Source: Candidatus Nealsonbacteria bacterium (GTDB taxonomy: Bacteria; Patescibacteriota; Minisyncoccia; Minisyncoccales; JANBVM01). From it: 64,000 nucleotides of DNA. Within the stretch, counting starts at the first letter, position 1, and every line of letters starts with the position of its first letter. A program made the position numbers and the translations under genes. The stretch covers positions 623,159 through 687,158 of the forward strand of contig CP179887.1 in the NCBI GenBank assembly GCA_047456295.1, in the 5' to 3' direction. This document shows positions 29,750 to 36,511 of this stretch, piece by piece. Below the pieces are notes generated by a model that made no database searches, was not told the origin of the DNA, and saw nothing but the letters and a program-made list of their open reading frames with translations.

Positions 29750-30400
29750 ATGACTGAAAAAACAATAATAGAAGAAATTAAAAAGATGATAACTGATGCT
29801 TGGGATGAGTTTAAAACCTATTATGATAATAAAGCCCCTGAGTATTCAAAGAAATGGAAAGGTCAAAGAGGTGAACTTCAACAAGATCATTGGATTTGTT
29901 GGGATGAACATGATTTATGTTTTCAAGTAGGGAGATTTTTTTATGATAAGTTAAACAAGGAAAAAGAGAAAAACGAAGATTTTTCAGATATAGAGATACA
30001 TTTTGAGAAGAAATTAGACACTATAAACTTTGGAGGTTTTAAGTTCGAAGATAAATTAGATAAGCTAATACTTAAGGATTTCGGAATGAAAAAAGGACCA
30101 AAAATTGATTTAATAATTGCTCATGAGAGCAGTGACGAACCTTTTTTATTATGTGCTGAGGTTAAATGTTTTCGTACAACAGTATCAGACGCAGAAATAG
30201 ATAAAGACATAGAAAAATTGAGAATTATCAAGGAAGAAGGGATAGCCGAAGAAGTTGTTTTTATGGTTTTTGATGATTATTATTTTACACAAAAAAGGAC
30301 TGGAGATAAAATTGAGTCTATTAAATCTAAAGCATCTAACAAAGGAGTTAAAGTATTGTATCATAATTCGAAAAAGAAATTATGCTTATCGGGTTGTTAG
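29750..30400 (+). CDS. hypothetical protein, possible PD-(D/E)xK nuclease fold
   Basis: 216 aa. KIDLIIAHESSDEPFLLCAEVKCF fits D-x16-E-x-K. SD-like AAGGAG upstream. No other recognisable motif. Confidence 0.3.
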   Translation: MTEKTIIEEIKKMITDAWDEFKTYYDNKAPEYSKKWKGQRGELQQDHWICWDEHDLCFQVGRFFYDKLNKEKEKNEDFSDIEIHFEKKLDTINFGGFKFEDKLDKLILKDFGMKKGPKIDLIIAHESSDEPFLLCAEVKCFRTTVSDAEIDKDIEKLRIIKEEGIAEEVVFMVFDDYYFTQKRTGDKIESIKSKASNKGVKVLYHNSKKKLCLSGC

Positions 30401-30556
30401 GCTTAATAGAGAGGATATCATTAATCTTGTAATGTCTGTTTTGGCTCGGAGGGTGGGACGTAATTCGCACTTGGTTTGAAAAAAGGTTTCCAGTAGTTGA
30501 GCCAATTAAATTATTGCTATAGTGGCTAATATAATACTTATGTTTTGAAATCATAA

Positions 30557-30621
30557 TTATCTTTTCCTTATCTTTTCCCTATCTTCTCCTTATCTTTTCA
30601 TTATCTTTCCTTAACTTTTCC
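30557..30621 (+). repeat. six tandem ~11-bp repeats (TTATCTTTTCC)
   Basis: ttatcttttcc / ttatcttttccc / tatcttctcc / ttatcttttca / ttatctttcc / ttaacttttcc, head to tail in a 380-nt ORF-free gap. Confidence 0.85.
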
Positions 30622-30738
30622 TTTTATAAATAATAATTTATCCGAAAAGCTAGTATATAAAGCCAAAACAGGCGAAATCTCATCGGTTTCGCTTTTTTGA
30701 AACTAAGACCGCCCATCGTTGTGCAATTTTTATTTCAG

Positions 30739-30770
30739 CCCGAGATTGTTTCTCGGGTTTTTGGTATAAT
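30739..30770 (+). promoter_or_regulatory. hairpin + T-run + TGGTATAAT promoter module, leaderless geometry
   Basis: CCCGAG-attgttt-CTCGGG, T5, TGGTATAAT (TATAAT 30765-30770). ATG at 30779 is 8 nt after the -10. Confidence 0.65.
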
Positions 30771-30778
30771 GGAGCAAT

Positions 30779-31378
30779 ATGGAGCAAATAATTTCAAAAG
30801 AAGAGCTTGATGAATTAATGAAGATCGAAGGAGAGGTAAGGGGGCTGACATTAAAAGGTTATACAAATTTTATTTTAAAAGAAGAAGGAAAAGAAGGATT
30901 AAAAAGGTTAGAAGACGCAATAACAGAACTCGGTTATCCAATAAAACACAGAGAAATAAAGGCAATGAGTTTTTATCCTGTAGGACTGGATAATCTTCTT
31001 TTACTGTCTATTAAGAAGCTTTTTAATTATGATAACAAAAAATTTCAGGAGATTGGAGAATTTCAGGCTAAATCCCCTTTAATTATTAGACTTTTTGTGA
31101 AATATTTTATTTCTCTTGAAAAAGCAATTGAAGCAGCTCCTAAGATGTGGAAAGTATATTATTCAAACGGAGACCTCAAAGTAACAGATTTTAATAAAGA
31201 AAAAAAGTATGCAATATTAAGGCTTGAAAATTTCCACAATACTCCAATCCATTGTCAAACTGAGAAAGCCTATTTTTCTAGTGTGGCTCGAATAATAGTT
31301 GGAAGTAAGGTAACCTGTGAAGAAACAAAGTGCACTTTTAGAGGTGATGACTATCACGAATTTTTATTAAGATGGTGA
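30779..31378 (+). CDS. V4R/DUF2378-like small-molecule-binding protein (paralog of 50700..51305)
   Basis: 199 aa. C-terminal CEETKCTFRGDDYHEFLLRW resembles the E-x-x-C-x-x-x-G-D-x-x-C-x-F end of V4R domains. Full-length similarity to 50700..51305. Confidence 0.4.
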   Translation: MEQIISKEELDELMKIEGEVRGLTLKGYTNFILKEEGKEGLKRLEDAITELGYPIKHREIKAMSFYPVGLDNLLLLSIKKLFNYDNKKFQEIGEFQAKSPLIIRLFVKYFISLEKAIEAAPKMWKVYYSNGDLKVTDFNKEKKYAILRLENFHNTPIHCQTEKAYFSSVARIIVGSKVTCEETKCTFRGDDYHEFLLRW

Positions 31379-31382
31379 ACTA

Positions 31383-31460
31383 AAACAGGTTCCCGCCCAT
31401 GGGGCGAGGCTCGCTTCTCTAGGTGGCACCTAAGAAGCGGCTAACATCGTTCCCCGGAGC
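31383..31460 (+). repeat. junction core motif split by a 48-nt palindromic insertion
   Basis: AAACAGGTTC (31383-31392) ... 48 nt ... CTAACATCGTTCCCCGGAGC (31441-31460). Confidence 0.8.
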
Positions 31461-31468
31461 TAAGTTAG

Positions 31469-31500
31469 CCCGAGATTGTTTCTCGGGTTTTTAGTTGACA
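31469..31500 (+). promoter_or_regulatory. hairpin + T-run + TTGACA promoter module
   Basis: CCCGAG-attgttt-CTCGGG, T5, AG, TTGACA (31495-31500), 17 nt, TATATT. The downstream gene has a leader with SD AAGGAG. Confidence 0.6.
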
Positions 31501-31575
31501 GACCTAAATAATAAATGTATATTATGGTCAGTAACTTGTAAACAAAATAATAAAAAAAAGGAGAAGTGAAATAAA

Positions 31576-31905
31576 ATGTCTGTATCTATAAATGATGATG
31601 GAAATTTATCGTTCAAGGTAAAAATTCTTCATAATGGGAACAAGAGAATACTTGTTTTACAATTTTTTGCTGGTGAGGGTTACGGAGAAAAAATAGAAAT
31701 TCTGGAAAAGATAAAAGACTTGTTGTCAGATGGCGTGAATAATTTGACAACCCTTGTAACAACCCTTGCACATGATTTTCCTGGAGATGAAACCATTCTC
31801 AATTTACTTAAGGACTTTTCTAAGAAGGATATCATTCCCGGTTATCATGGTATTAACTGGAGTGCGAGTAAGGGGCATACTCTTAATGTGCAACTTTCTA
31901 TATAA
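31576..31905 (+). CDS. hypothetical protein
   Basis: 109 aa, SD AAGGAGAAG 8 nt upstream. No recognisable motif. Confidence 0.5.
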   Translation: MSVSINDDGNLSFKVKILHNGNKRILVLQFFAGEGYGEKIEILEKIKDLLSDGVNNLTTLVTTLAHDFPGDETILNLLKDFSKKDIIPGYHGINWSASKGHTLNVQLSI

Positions 31906-32042
31906 AAAGATTTTTTATAAAAAAACTTTTAAATAAATTTTTTCTTTTTTTTCTTGTTTTTTTCAAATCCATAACTCGCTTGTGAGCTTGAAGAAGCCCG
32001 AAACTACCCAAAAAGGTGGTTTTTGGTTACTCTACCCCCACC

Positions 32043-32075
32043 AAACAGGTTCTAACCTCGTCCAGCCCCCGGAGC
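32043..32075 (+). repeat. junction core motif type 1
   Basis: AAACAGGTTCTAACCTCGTCCAGCCCCCGGAGC. Confidence 0.9.
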
Positions 32076-32220
32076 TATTGAGGCCTGAGCCTTTGGCTCG
32101 GGTTTTTGGTTTTAAAGCTATTCATGTTGATTTTTTCTATGATTTATTGTAATGATAATTTAGGTTGTGAAGATAACCAACCGTAATTTAAAAAGTAAAT
32201 AATGACAGATGTGATGTGAT

Positions 32221-33342
32221 ATGAAAGAAAAAAGCGAATATGCAAAAGCTGGAGTAGATTACACTAAGATTGAGCCATTCAAGCAAGCGATGATAAAAGT
32301 AGGAAAACAAACATTAACTTTTCCTAATCGGCGAGAAGTTTTTATTAAAAGCGAGTTATTGCATGCTCATGGTGCTGTTTATGAATATCGTGGTGGTTTA
32401 CCACATATCTGGTGTAAAACACAAGAAGGCCTTGGTAATAAGAATTGGATTGCTGAATGGATGTATCAATTTGCTGATACGGGCAAAACCTATTACGAGA
32501 ACATTGGGATAGATGTTGGCTTAATGGCCGTTAATGATGTGATTGCACAAGGAGCAATGCCAGTGATTTATACTGATGAGGTAGCAGCTGGTGATAGTGA
32601 ATGGTTTGAGGATGACTTTAGGAGCAGAGATTTAGCTAAAGGATACTTTAAACTATGTAAAATGGTTAACATGGCCCTACCAGCAGGTGAATCACCATCA
32701 TTACGTTATCTAATTAAGGCTGAACCGCCAGTTAAAAGTGCTCCGTCCTTAAGTGGTTGTGTTACTGGCATTATTGCTCCCAATAGTCGGCTTATAACTG
32801 GGCAAAAGCTACAGATAGGTGATCATATAATAGGAGCAACCTCTTCAGGTTTGCACGCAAATGGGATTTCACTTGTTATCAAGCGTGCCTTAACGCTTTC
32901 TGAAAAGTTCCTTACCGAACTACCTAATGGTAATATGTTTGGGGAAGAGGCACTTATTCCCACTCGCTCGTATGTGGCCTTAATTGAGGCATTATTAGAA
33001 GCCGAAGTAGATATTCATGCTCTTTTACCAGGCACTGGTGGTGGTATAAGTAAAATAGCTTTTGATAAACGACCCTTCAGCTACCGTATCCATACCTGGG
33101 TAGAGATACCATCTCTATTTCTATTTATGAGAGAGTTGGGGGTGACTCTAGAAGACTGTTTAACAACTTTCAACTGGGGGATTGGTTATTATATCTTTGT
33201 CTCTCCTTCTGAGGTAGAACACACTATTAGTATCGGAAAAAAGGCCGGTTACCAACTTACTGACATTGGCCTCGTAGAAAAAGGCGAACGAAAGGTTGTT
33301 TTTGAACCTGAAGACATCATTTTAGCTCCCCCTGGTAAATAG
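32221..33342 (+). CDS. PurM-like / AIR-synthase-related protein
   Basis: YAKAGVDYTKIEPFK start, IGIDVGLMAVNDVIAQGAMPVIYTDEVAAG and ALPAGESPSL parallel the PurM blocks (IGIDLVAMCVNDL..GAEPLFFLDY; GGETAEMP). Divergent overall. Confidence 0.6.
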   Translation: MKEKSEYAKAGVDYTKIEPFKQAMIKVGKQTLTFPNRREVFIKSELLHAHGAVYEYRGGLPHIWCKTQEGLGNKNWIAEWMYQFADTGKTYYENIGIDVGLMAVNDVIAQGAMPVIYTDEVAAGDSEWFEDDFRSRDLAKGYFKLCKMVNMALPAGESPSLRYLIKAEPPVKSAPSLSGCVTGIIAPNSRLITGQKLQIGDHIIGATSSGLHANGISLVIKRALTLSEKFLTELPNGNMFGEEALIPTRSYVALIEALLEAEVDIHALLPGTGGGISKIAFDKRPFSYRIHTWVEIPSLFLFMRELGVTLEDCLTTFNWGIGYYIFVSPSEVEHTISIGKKAGYQLTDIGLVEKGERKVVFEPEDIILAPPGK

Positions 33343-33433
33343 TCTCAGCACCTGTAAATATAATAAGCTCACTCGCTCCATTTTTAAAAATCGTTGGATA
33401 GGGTGGGCCTTTTTTTATTCCAAAACCACCACC

Positions 33434-33465
33434 AAACAGGTTCTAACCTCGTTCAGTCCTCAGAG
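33434..33465 (+). repeat. junction core motif type 1 (3' part diverged)
   Basis: AAACAGGTTCTAACCTCGTTCAGTCCTCAGAG, preceded by TTTTTTTATTCCAAAACCACCACC. Confidence 0.85.
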
Positions 33466-33520
33466 AAAAATGAATACTTATAATGTGCTTTAAGCTCTTA
33501 AGATTTTCCCTAATTTTTTT

Positions 33521-33558
33521 CCAATTTATGGTTCTAAACGCGTCCAATAGAGGGAGCC
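33521..33558 (+). repeat. junction core motif type 2
   Basis: CCAATTTATGGTTCTAAACGCGTCCAATAGAGGGAGCC. Sister copies at 40282 and 46509. Confidence 0.8.
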
Positions 33559-33559
33559 A

Positions 33560-33598
33560 AATTGTATAAAATTGCATAGAATTGGATGTAATTGTATA
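33560..33598 (+). repeat. four AATTGNATR boxes with exact 10-bp phasing
   Basis: aattgtata (33560), aattgcata (33570), aattggatg (33580), aattgtata (33590). Confidence 0.85.
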
Positions 33599-33606
33599 GA
33601 AGAAAA

Positions 33607-33636
33607 ATCGCCTTAGAGGCGGTTTTTTGGTAGAAT
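33607..33636 (+). promoter_or_regulatory. hairpin + T-run + TGGTAGAAT promoter module, leaderless geometry
   Basis: ATCGCC-ttaga-GGCGGT, T6, TGGTAGAAT (TAGAAT 33631-33636). ATG at 33645 is 8 nt after the -10. Confidence 0.65.
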
Positions 33637-33644
33637 TGAGAAAT

Positions 33645-34304
33645 ATGGATAATCTTGCTAAAAAGAAAATCGAGGAGATTTTCTCATCAGGTCAAGTCGT
33701 CGCTGAAATGGATAAGACGACACACGATATCTTTCCTGTTTCCTTAGATCTGGATGAGGGAAAAAGTTTACAGAAATTTGTTCAGGATGAAGACCCTCAG
33801 ACAGTGATAGAAATTGGACTTGGCTATGGCTTTGCTGCGTTGAATGTTTTTGCGGCGAAAAATTTATCTAAAGAGAGTGATTTTCGATTCATAACTATTG
33901 ATCCAAACCAAGATAGCCGGTTTTCAAATGTCGGACTCCAACTGTTACGGGAAGTCGACGTTTTTGAGTATGTCGAATTTCATAACGATTCATCGGAGCT
34001 TGTTTTGCCTCGTCTTATCATAGCAAAAGAGAAAGCTGACTTTGCGGTAGTGGATGGCAATCACAGATTCGAGCACGTATTTGTTGACTTATTTTTTCTA
34101 GGGCGTATCTTAAAACCAGGAAGCTTAATCTTTCTAGATGACATGCAATTGCTGGGGATTAAGAAAGCTGTTTCGTTTTTTGTGAAAAATTTTGAATGGA
34201 AAATAGAAAAAGAGGCGCATAGCTCAAAGTATCATAAATGGGCAGTATTACGAACACGCCCCGAAGCTCTTGAACGAAGTTACGATTCTTTTACTGATTT
34301 CTAG
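33645..34304 (+). CDS. class I SAM-dependent methyltransferase (Methyltransf_24 / O-MT family-3-like)
   Basis: Motif I VIEIGLGYGFAAL. DFAVVDGNHRFEHVFVDL and IFLDD blocks. The listed TTG start at 33627 lies inside the promoter, so ATG 33645 is preferred. Confidence 0.75.
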   Translation: MDNLAKKKIEEIFSSGQVVAEMDKTTHDIFPVSLDLDEGKSLQKFVQDEDPQTVIEIGLGYGFAALNVFAAKNLSKESDFRFITIDPNQDSRFSNVGLQLLREVDVFEYVEFHNDSSELVLPRLIIAKEKADFAVVDGNHRFEHVFVDLFFLGRILKPGSLIFLDDMQLLGIKKAVSFFVKNFEWKIEKEAHSSKYHKWAVLRTRPEALERSYDSFTDF

Positions 34305-34336
34305 GGATTATGTGTTGGGTCAGGTAAATTCTTCCA

Positions 34337-34370
34337 AAACCAAGTTCTAATATTGTACCATCCCCGGAGC
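34337..34370 (+). repeat. junction core motif, degenerate
   Basis: AAACCAAGTTCTAATATTGTACCATCCCCGGAGC. Confidence 0.65.
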
Positions 34371-34371
34371 C

Positions 34372-34400
34372 AATTGGATAAAATTGGATGTAATTGTATG
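34372..34400 (+). repeat. three AATTGNATR boxes with 10-bp phasing
   Basis: aattggata (34372), aattggatg (34382), aattgtatg (34392). Same module as 33560-33598. Confidence 0.85.
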
Positions 34401-34407
34401 TTAAGAA

Positions 34408-34437
34408 ATCGCCAGCAGGGCGGTTTTTTGTTAAGAT
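34408..34437 (+). promoter_or_regulatory. hairpin + T-run + -10 module, leaderless geometry
   Basis: ATCGCC-agcag-GGCGGT, T6, GTTAAGAT. ATG at 34444 is 6 nt after TAAGAT. Confidence 0.55.
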
Positions 34438-34443
34438 GTAAAT

Positions 34444-34650
34444 ATGAAAAAGAAAAAAGCTATTAGTAAAGAGGTTTTTGATAAGGAGATTGCAATGTGT
34501 AAAACACTATCTAAAGAAAAGAAAGGAAGGTGTAATTGGGGTAAATGCAAAGATTGTGGAGTTATCCCTCTTTTATATAAATTACACAAGGGACAACTAT
34601 TAGAAAAACCAGCAGAGATTAAGAAAGTTAAGGGTAAAATTCTTAAATAA
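34444..34650 (+). CDS. small Lys-rich Cys-containing protein
   Basis: 68 aa, C-x13-CNWGKCKDCG. No known family recognised. Confidence 0.45.
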   Translation: MKKKKAISKEVFDKEIAMCKTLSKEKKGRCNWGKCKDCGVIPLLYKLHKGQLLEKPAEIKKVKGKILK

Positions 34651-34658
34651 TAACCACC

Positions 34659-34690
34659 AAACAGGTTCTAACATCGTCTAGCTAGGGGAG
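34659..34690 (+). repeat. junction core motif type 1 (3' part diverged)
   Basis: AAACAGGTTCTAACATCGTCTAGCTAGGGGAG. The rest of the motif resumes after a 100-nt insertion at 34791. Confidence 0.8.
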
Positions 34691-34806
34691 ATAATTTCAA
34701 ATTCCTATAAAATTGTTTAATTTCTACCAGTTTCTCCTTCAACATAGCTATATAATCAGCGTTCTCTAAAATTATAATAAGCTTTGAACTGGGGAGCTCC
34801 GTTCAG

Positions 34807-34838
34807 CCCGAGATTAGTTCTCGGGTTTTTGGTTGACA
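34807..34838 (+). promoter_or_regulatory. hairpin + T-run + TTGACA promoter module
   Basis: CCCGAG-attagtt-CTCGGG, T5, GG, TTGACA (34833-34838). The downstream gene has SD AAAGGAGG. Confidence 0.55.
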
Positions 34839-34918
34839 AAAGAATTATTTTGATTTAAAAAGACTAAGATTAAATTTAAAATTAAATATACTTGAATTAA
34901 AGAAAAAGGAGGAATCTC

Positions 34919-35134
34919 ATGAGTATTCCAAAAGATAAAACTTATCCAGTTAATTCTGTACAATGTAATGAATGTGGAGGAACTGGATGCGAGGTGTGTA
35001 ATGATAGAGGGTGGTTAACTCCAAAAGATCATCCCAATGGAAGAAGATGCATGAGTTCAGTTTGTAATAAACCACTTCATCCAACACACGTCGCAGTTTA
35101 TTGTTCTAATAAATGTGCCCTTGATGACGCATAA
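34919..35134 (+). CDS. small zinc-ribbon protein with DnaJ-type CxxCxGxG motif
   Basis: 71 aa. CNECGGTGCEVCNDRGW plus C-terminal CxxxxC...CxxxC. SD AAAGGAGGAA 5 nt upstream. Confidence 0.55.
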   Translation: MSIPKDKTYPVNSVQCNECGGTGCEVCNDRGWLTPKDHPNGRRCMSSVCNKPLHPTHVAVYCSNKCALDDA

Positions 35135-35202
35135 AGAACAAAACCCCCTTAATGTAGTTAAAACTGCAAAGAGAGGGTTCTTTTTTTTATTCCAGAATCA
35201 CA

Positions 35203-35235
35203 AAACAGGTTCTAACCTCGTCCAGTCCCCGGAGC
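35203..35235 (+). repeat. junction core motif type 1
   Basis: AAACAGGTTCTAACCTCGTCCAGTCCCCGGAGC, preceded by TTTTTTTTATTCCAGAATCAC. Confidence 0.9.
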
Positions 35236-35244
35236 CCCGTTCAA

Positions 35245-35272
35245 CCCGAGATTGTTTCTCGGGTTTTTGACT
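35245..35272 (+). promoter_or_regulatory. hairpin + T-run + TTGACT module
   Basis: CCCGAG-attgttt-CTCGGG, T5, GACT (TTGACT 35267-35272). Confidence 0.5.
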
Positions 35273-35344
35273 TTTATTAGAAACCTATTAACATAAATGT
35301 AGTTTTTTCAATTACTTAAAAAGAATGCCCTGGAGGTTAAAAAA

Positions 35345-35599
35345 TTGACAAGAAAAAAAGAGTCTCCCCCAAAGTGTCCTAAATGTGGGAGTATAAAAAC
35401 AAATGTAAGATCACGCATAGTCGGTGGACTAATAGTGCAGGAGGTTAAAAAAGATGGAACAGTTGGTCCATCACCCGGAGCAAGAAAAATTACTCATGTG
35501 TCTTGCGCAAAATGCGGAACCGAACTCAAAAACCACCCAGACCACATTCCAGATGGAGTGAAAAAGATATTGGAAGATTTGGAACAATATAAGGAATGA
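35345..35599 (+). CDS. small zinc-ribbon protein
   Basis: 84 aa, TTG start 9 nt after GGAGG. CPKCGS ... CAKCGT four-Cys ribbon. Confidence 0.55.
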   Translation: MTRKKESPPKCPKCGSIKTNVRSRIVGGLIVQEVKKDGTVGPSPGARKITHVSCAKCGTELKNHPDHIPDGVKKILEDLEQYKE

Positions 35600-35679
35600 G
35601 AAGCAATGTCTCATTTCATTAAATACATAGAGGTAAGAATACATATCTTCACCTCTTTTTTTATTCCAAAATCTCCACC

Positions 35680-35712
35680 AAACAGGTTCTAACATCGTTC
35701 GTCCCCCGGAGC
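35680..35712 (+). repeat. junction core motif type 1
   Basis: AAACAGGTTCTAACATCGTTCGTCCCCCGGAGC, preceded by TTTTTTTATTCCAAAATCTCCACC. Confidence 0.9.
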
Positions 35713-35744
35713 AGGTTAGTGTTCGGTTCGAGCGACCGAGACGC
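35713..35744 (+). repeat. module B: T-arm-like hairpin
   Basis: AGGTTAGTGTTCGGTTCGAGCGACCGAGACGC. Confidence 0.75.
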
Positions 35745-35750
35745 ATTAAA

Positions 35751-35779
35751 TCGCCATTAGGGCGATTTTTTGGTAGGAT
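35751..35779 (+). promoter_or_regulatory. hairpin + T-run + TGGTAGGAT promoter module, leaderless geometry
   Basis: TCGCC-attag-GGCGA, T6, TGGTAGGAT. ATG at 35786 is 6 nt after the -10. Confidence 0.65.
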
Positions 35780-35785
35780 GGAAAT

Positions 35786-36511
35786 ATGAAAGAAGAAACC
35801 AAAACACAAAAACTAATGGGTATAAAGGATTTATTCCGAAATTCTTGGAATATCTACAAAAAGGATTTCAAGAAGTTTTTAGTAATTGCGGTTATTTTTT
35901 TTGGAATTACTGGTTTGACAACGACTTTCATTGGCTCAGAAATTCCTGAAGCAGGGGTTCAGTCTGTACCTAATTCTGCTTTTATGCCTACCGGAGCTGA
36001 ACCATTTTTTACTGTGCCTTGGTATCTGTTTTTTCTCATTATTTTAGCCACAATGTTTATAGGTATCTTGGGAAGTGCCTCTCTTGTTTCTGCGGTTAAA
36101 GAGGTTCCTAAAGATTGGGGAGTTAAAGGAGCACTTAAAGAAGGCTGGTCTAAATATTGGCCCTTCTTTTTGGTTTCTCTATTAACTGGATTAATTATTG
36201 GGCTGGGATTTCTGTTTTTAATAGTTCCTGGTATTATTTTTGCAGTTTGGTTTGGCTTTTCTATTTATACAGTCGTCTGCGAAGACAAAAGGGGGTTCAA
36301 GGCTCTTTCCAGAAGTAAGGAATTGGTTAAGGGCTACTGGTGGCCGACAGCAAAAAGAGTTTTTGTTCTTATGATTATCACCATTCCTTTTTCTCTGGGT
36401 TCGCAATTTATTCCTTATCTTGGCCAGTTTGCCTATATGATTCTCTTTACTCCATTTTCTATAATTTACAACTATCTTATCTACCAAAATCTTAAAGAAA
36501 TAAAAGGTTAA
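35786..36511 (+). CDS. polytopic membrane protein (DUF975-like), unknown function
   Basis: 241 aa with ~6 TM helices. Abuts the next ORF (stop 36509-36511, ATG 36512). Confidence 0.55.
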   Translation: MKEETKTQKLMGIKDLFRNSWNIYKKDFKKFLVIAVIFFGITGLTTTFIGSEIPEAGVQSVPNSAFMPTGAEPFFTVPWYLFFLIILATMFIGILGSASLVSAVKEVPKDWGVKGALKEGWSKYWPFFLVSLLTGLIIGLGFLFLIVPGIIFAVWFGFSIYTVVCEDKRGFKALSRSKELVKGYWWPTAKRVFVLMIITIPFSLGSQFIPYLGQFAYMILFTPFSIIYNYLIYQNLKEIKG

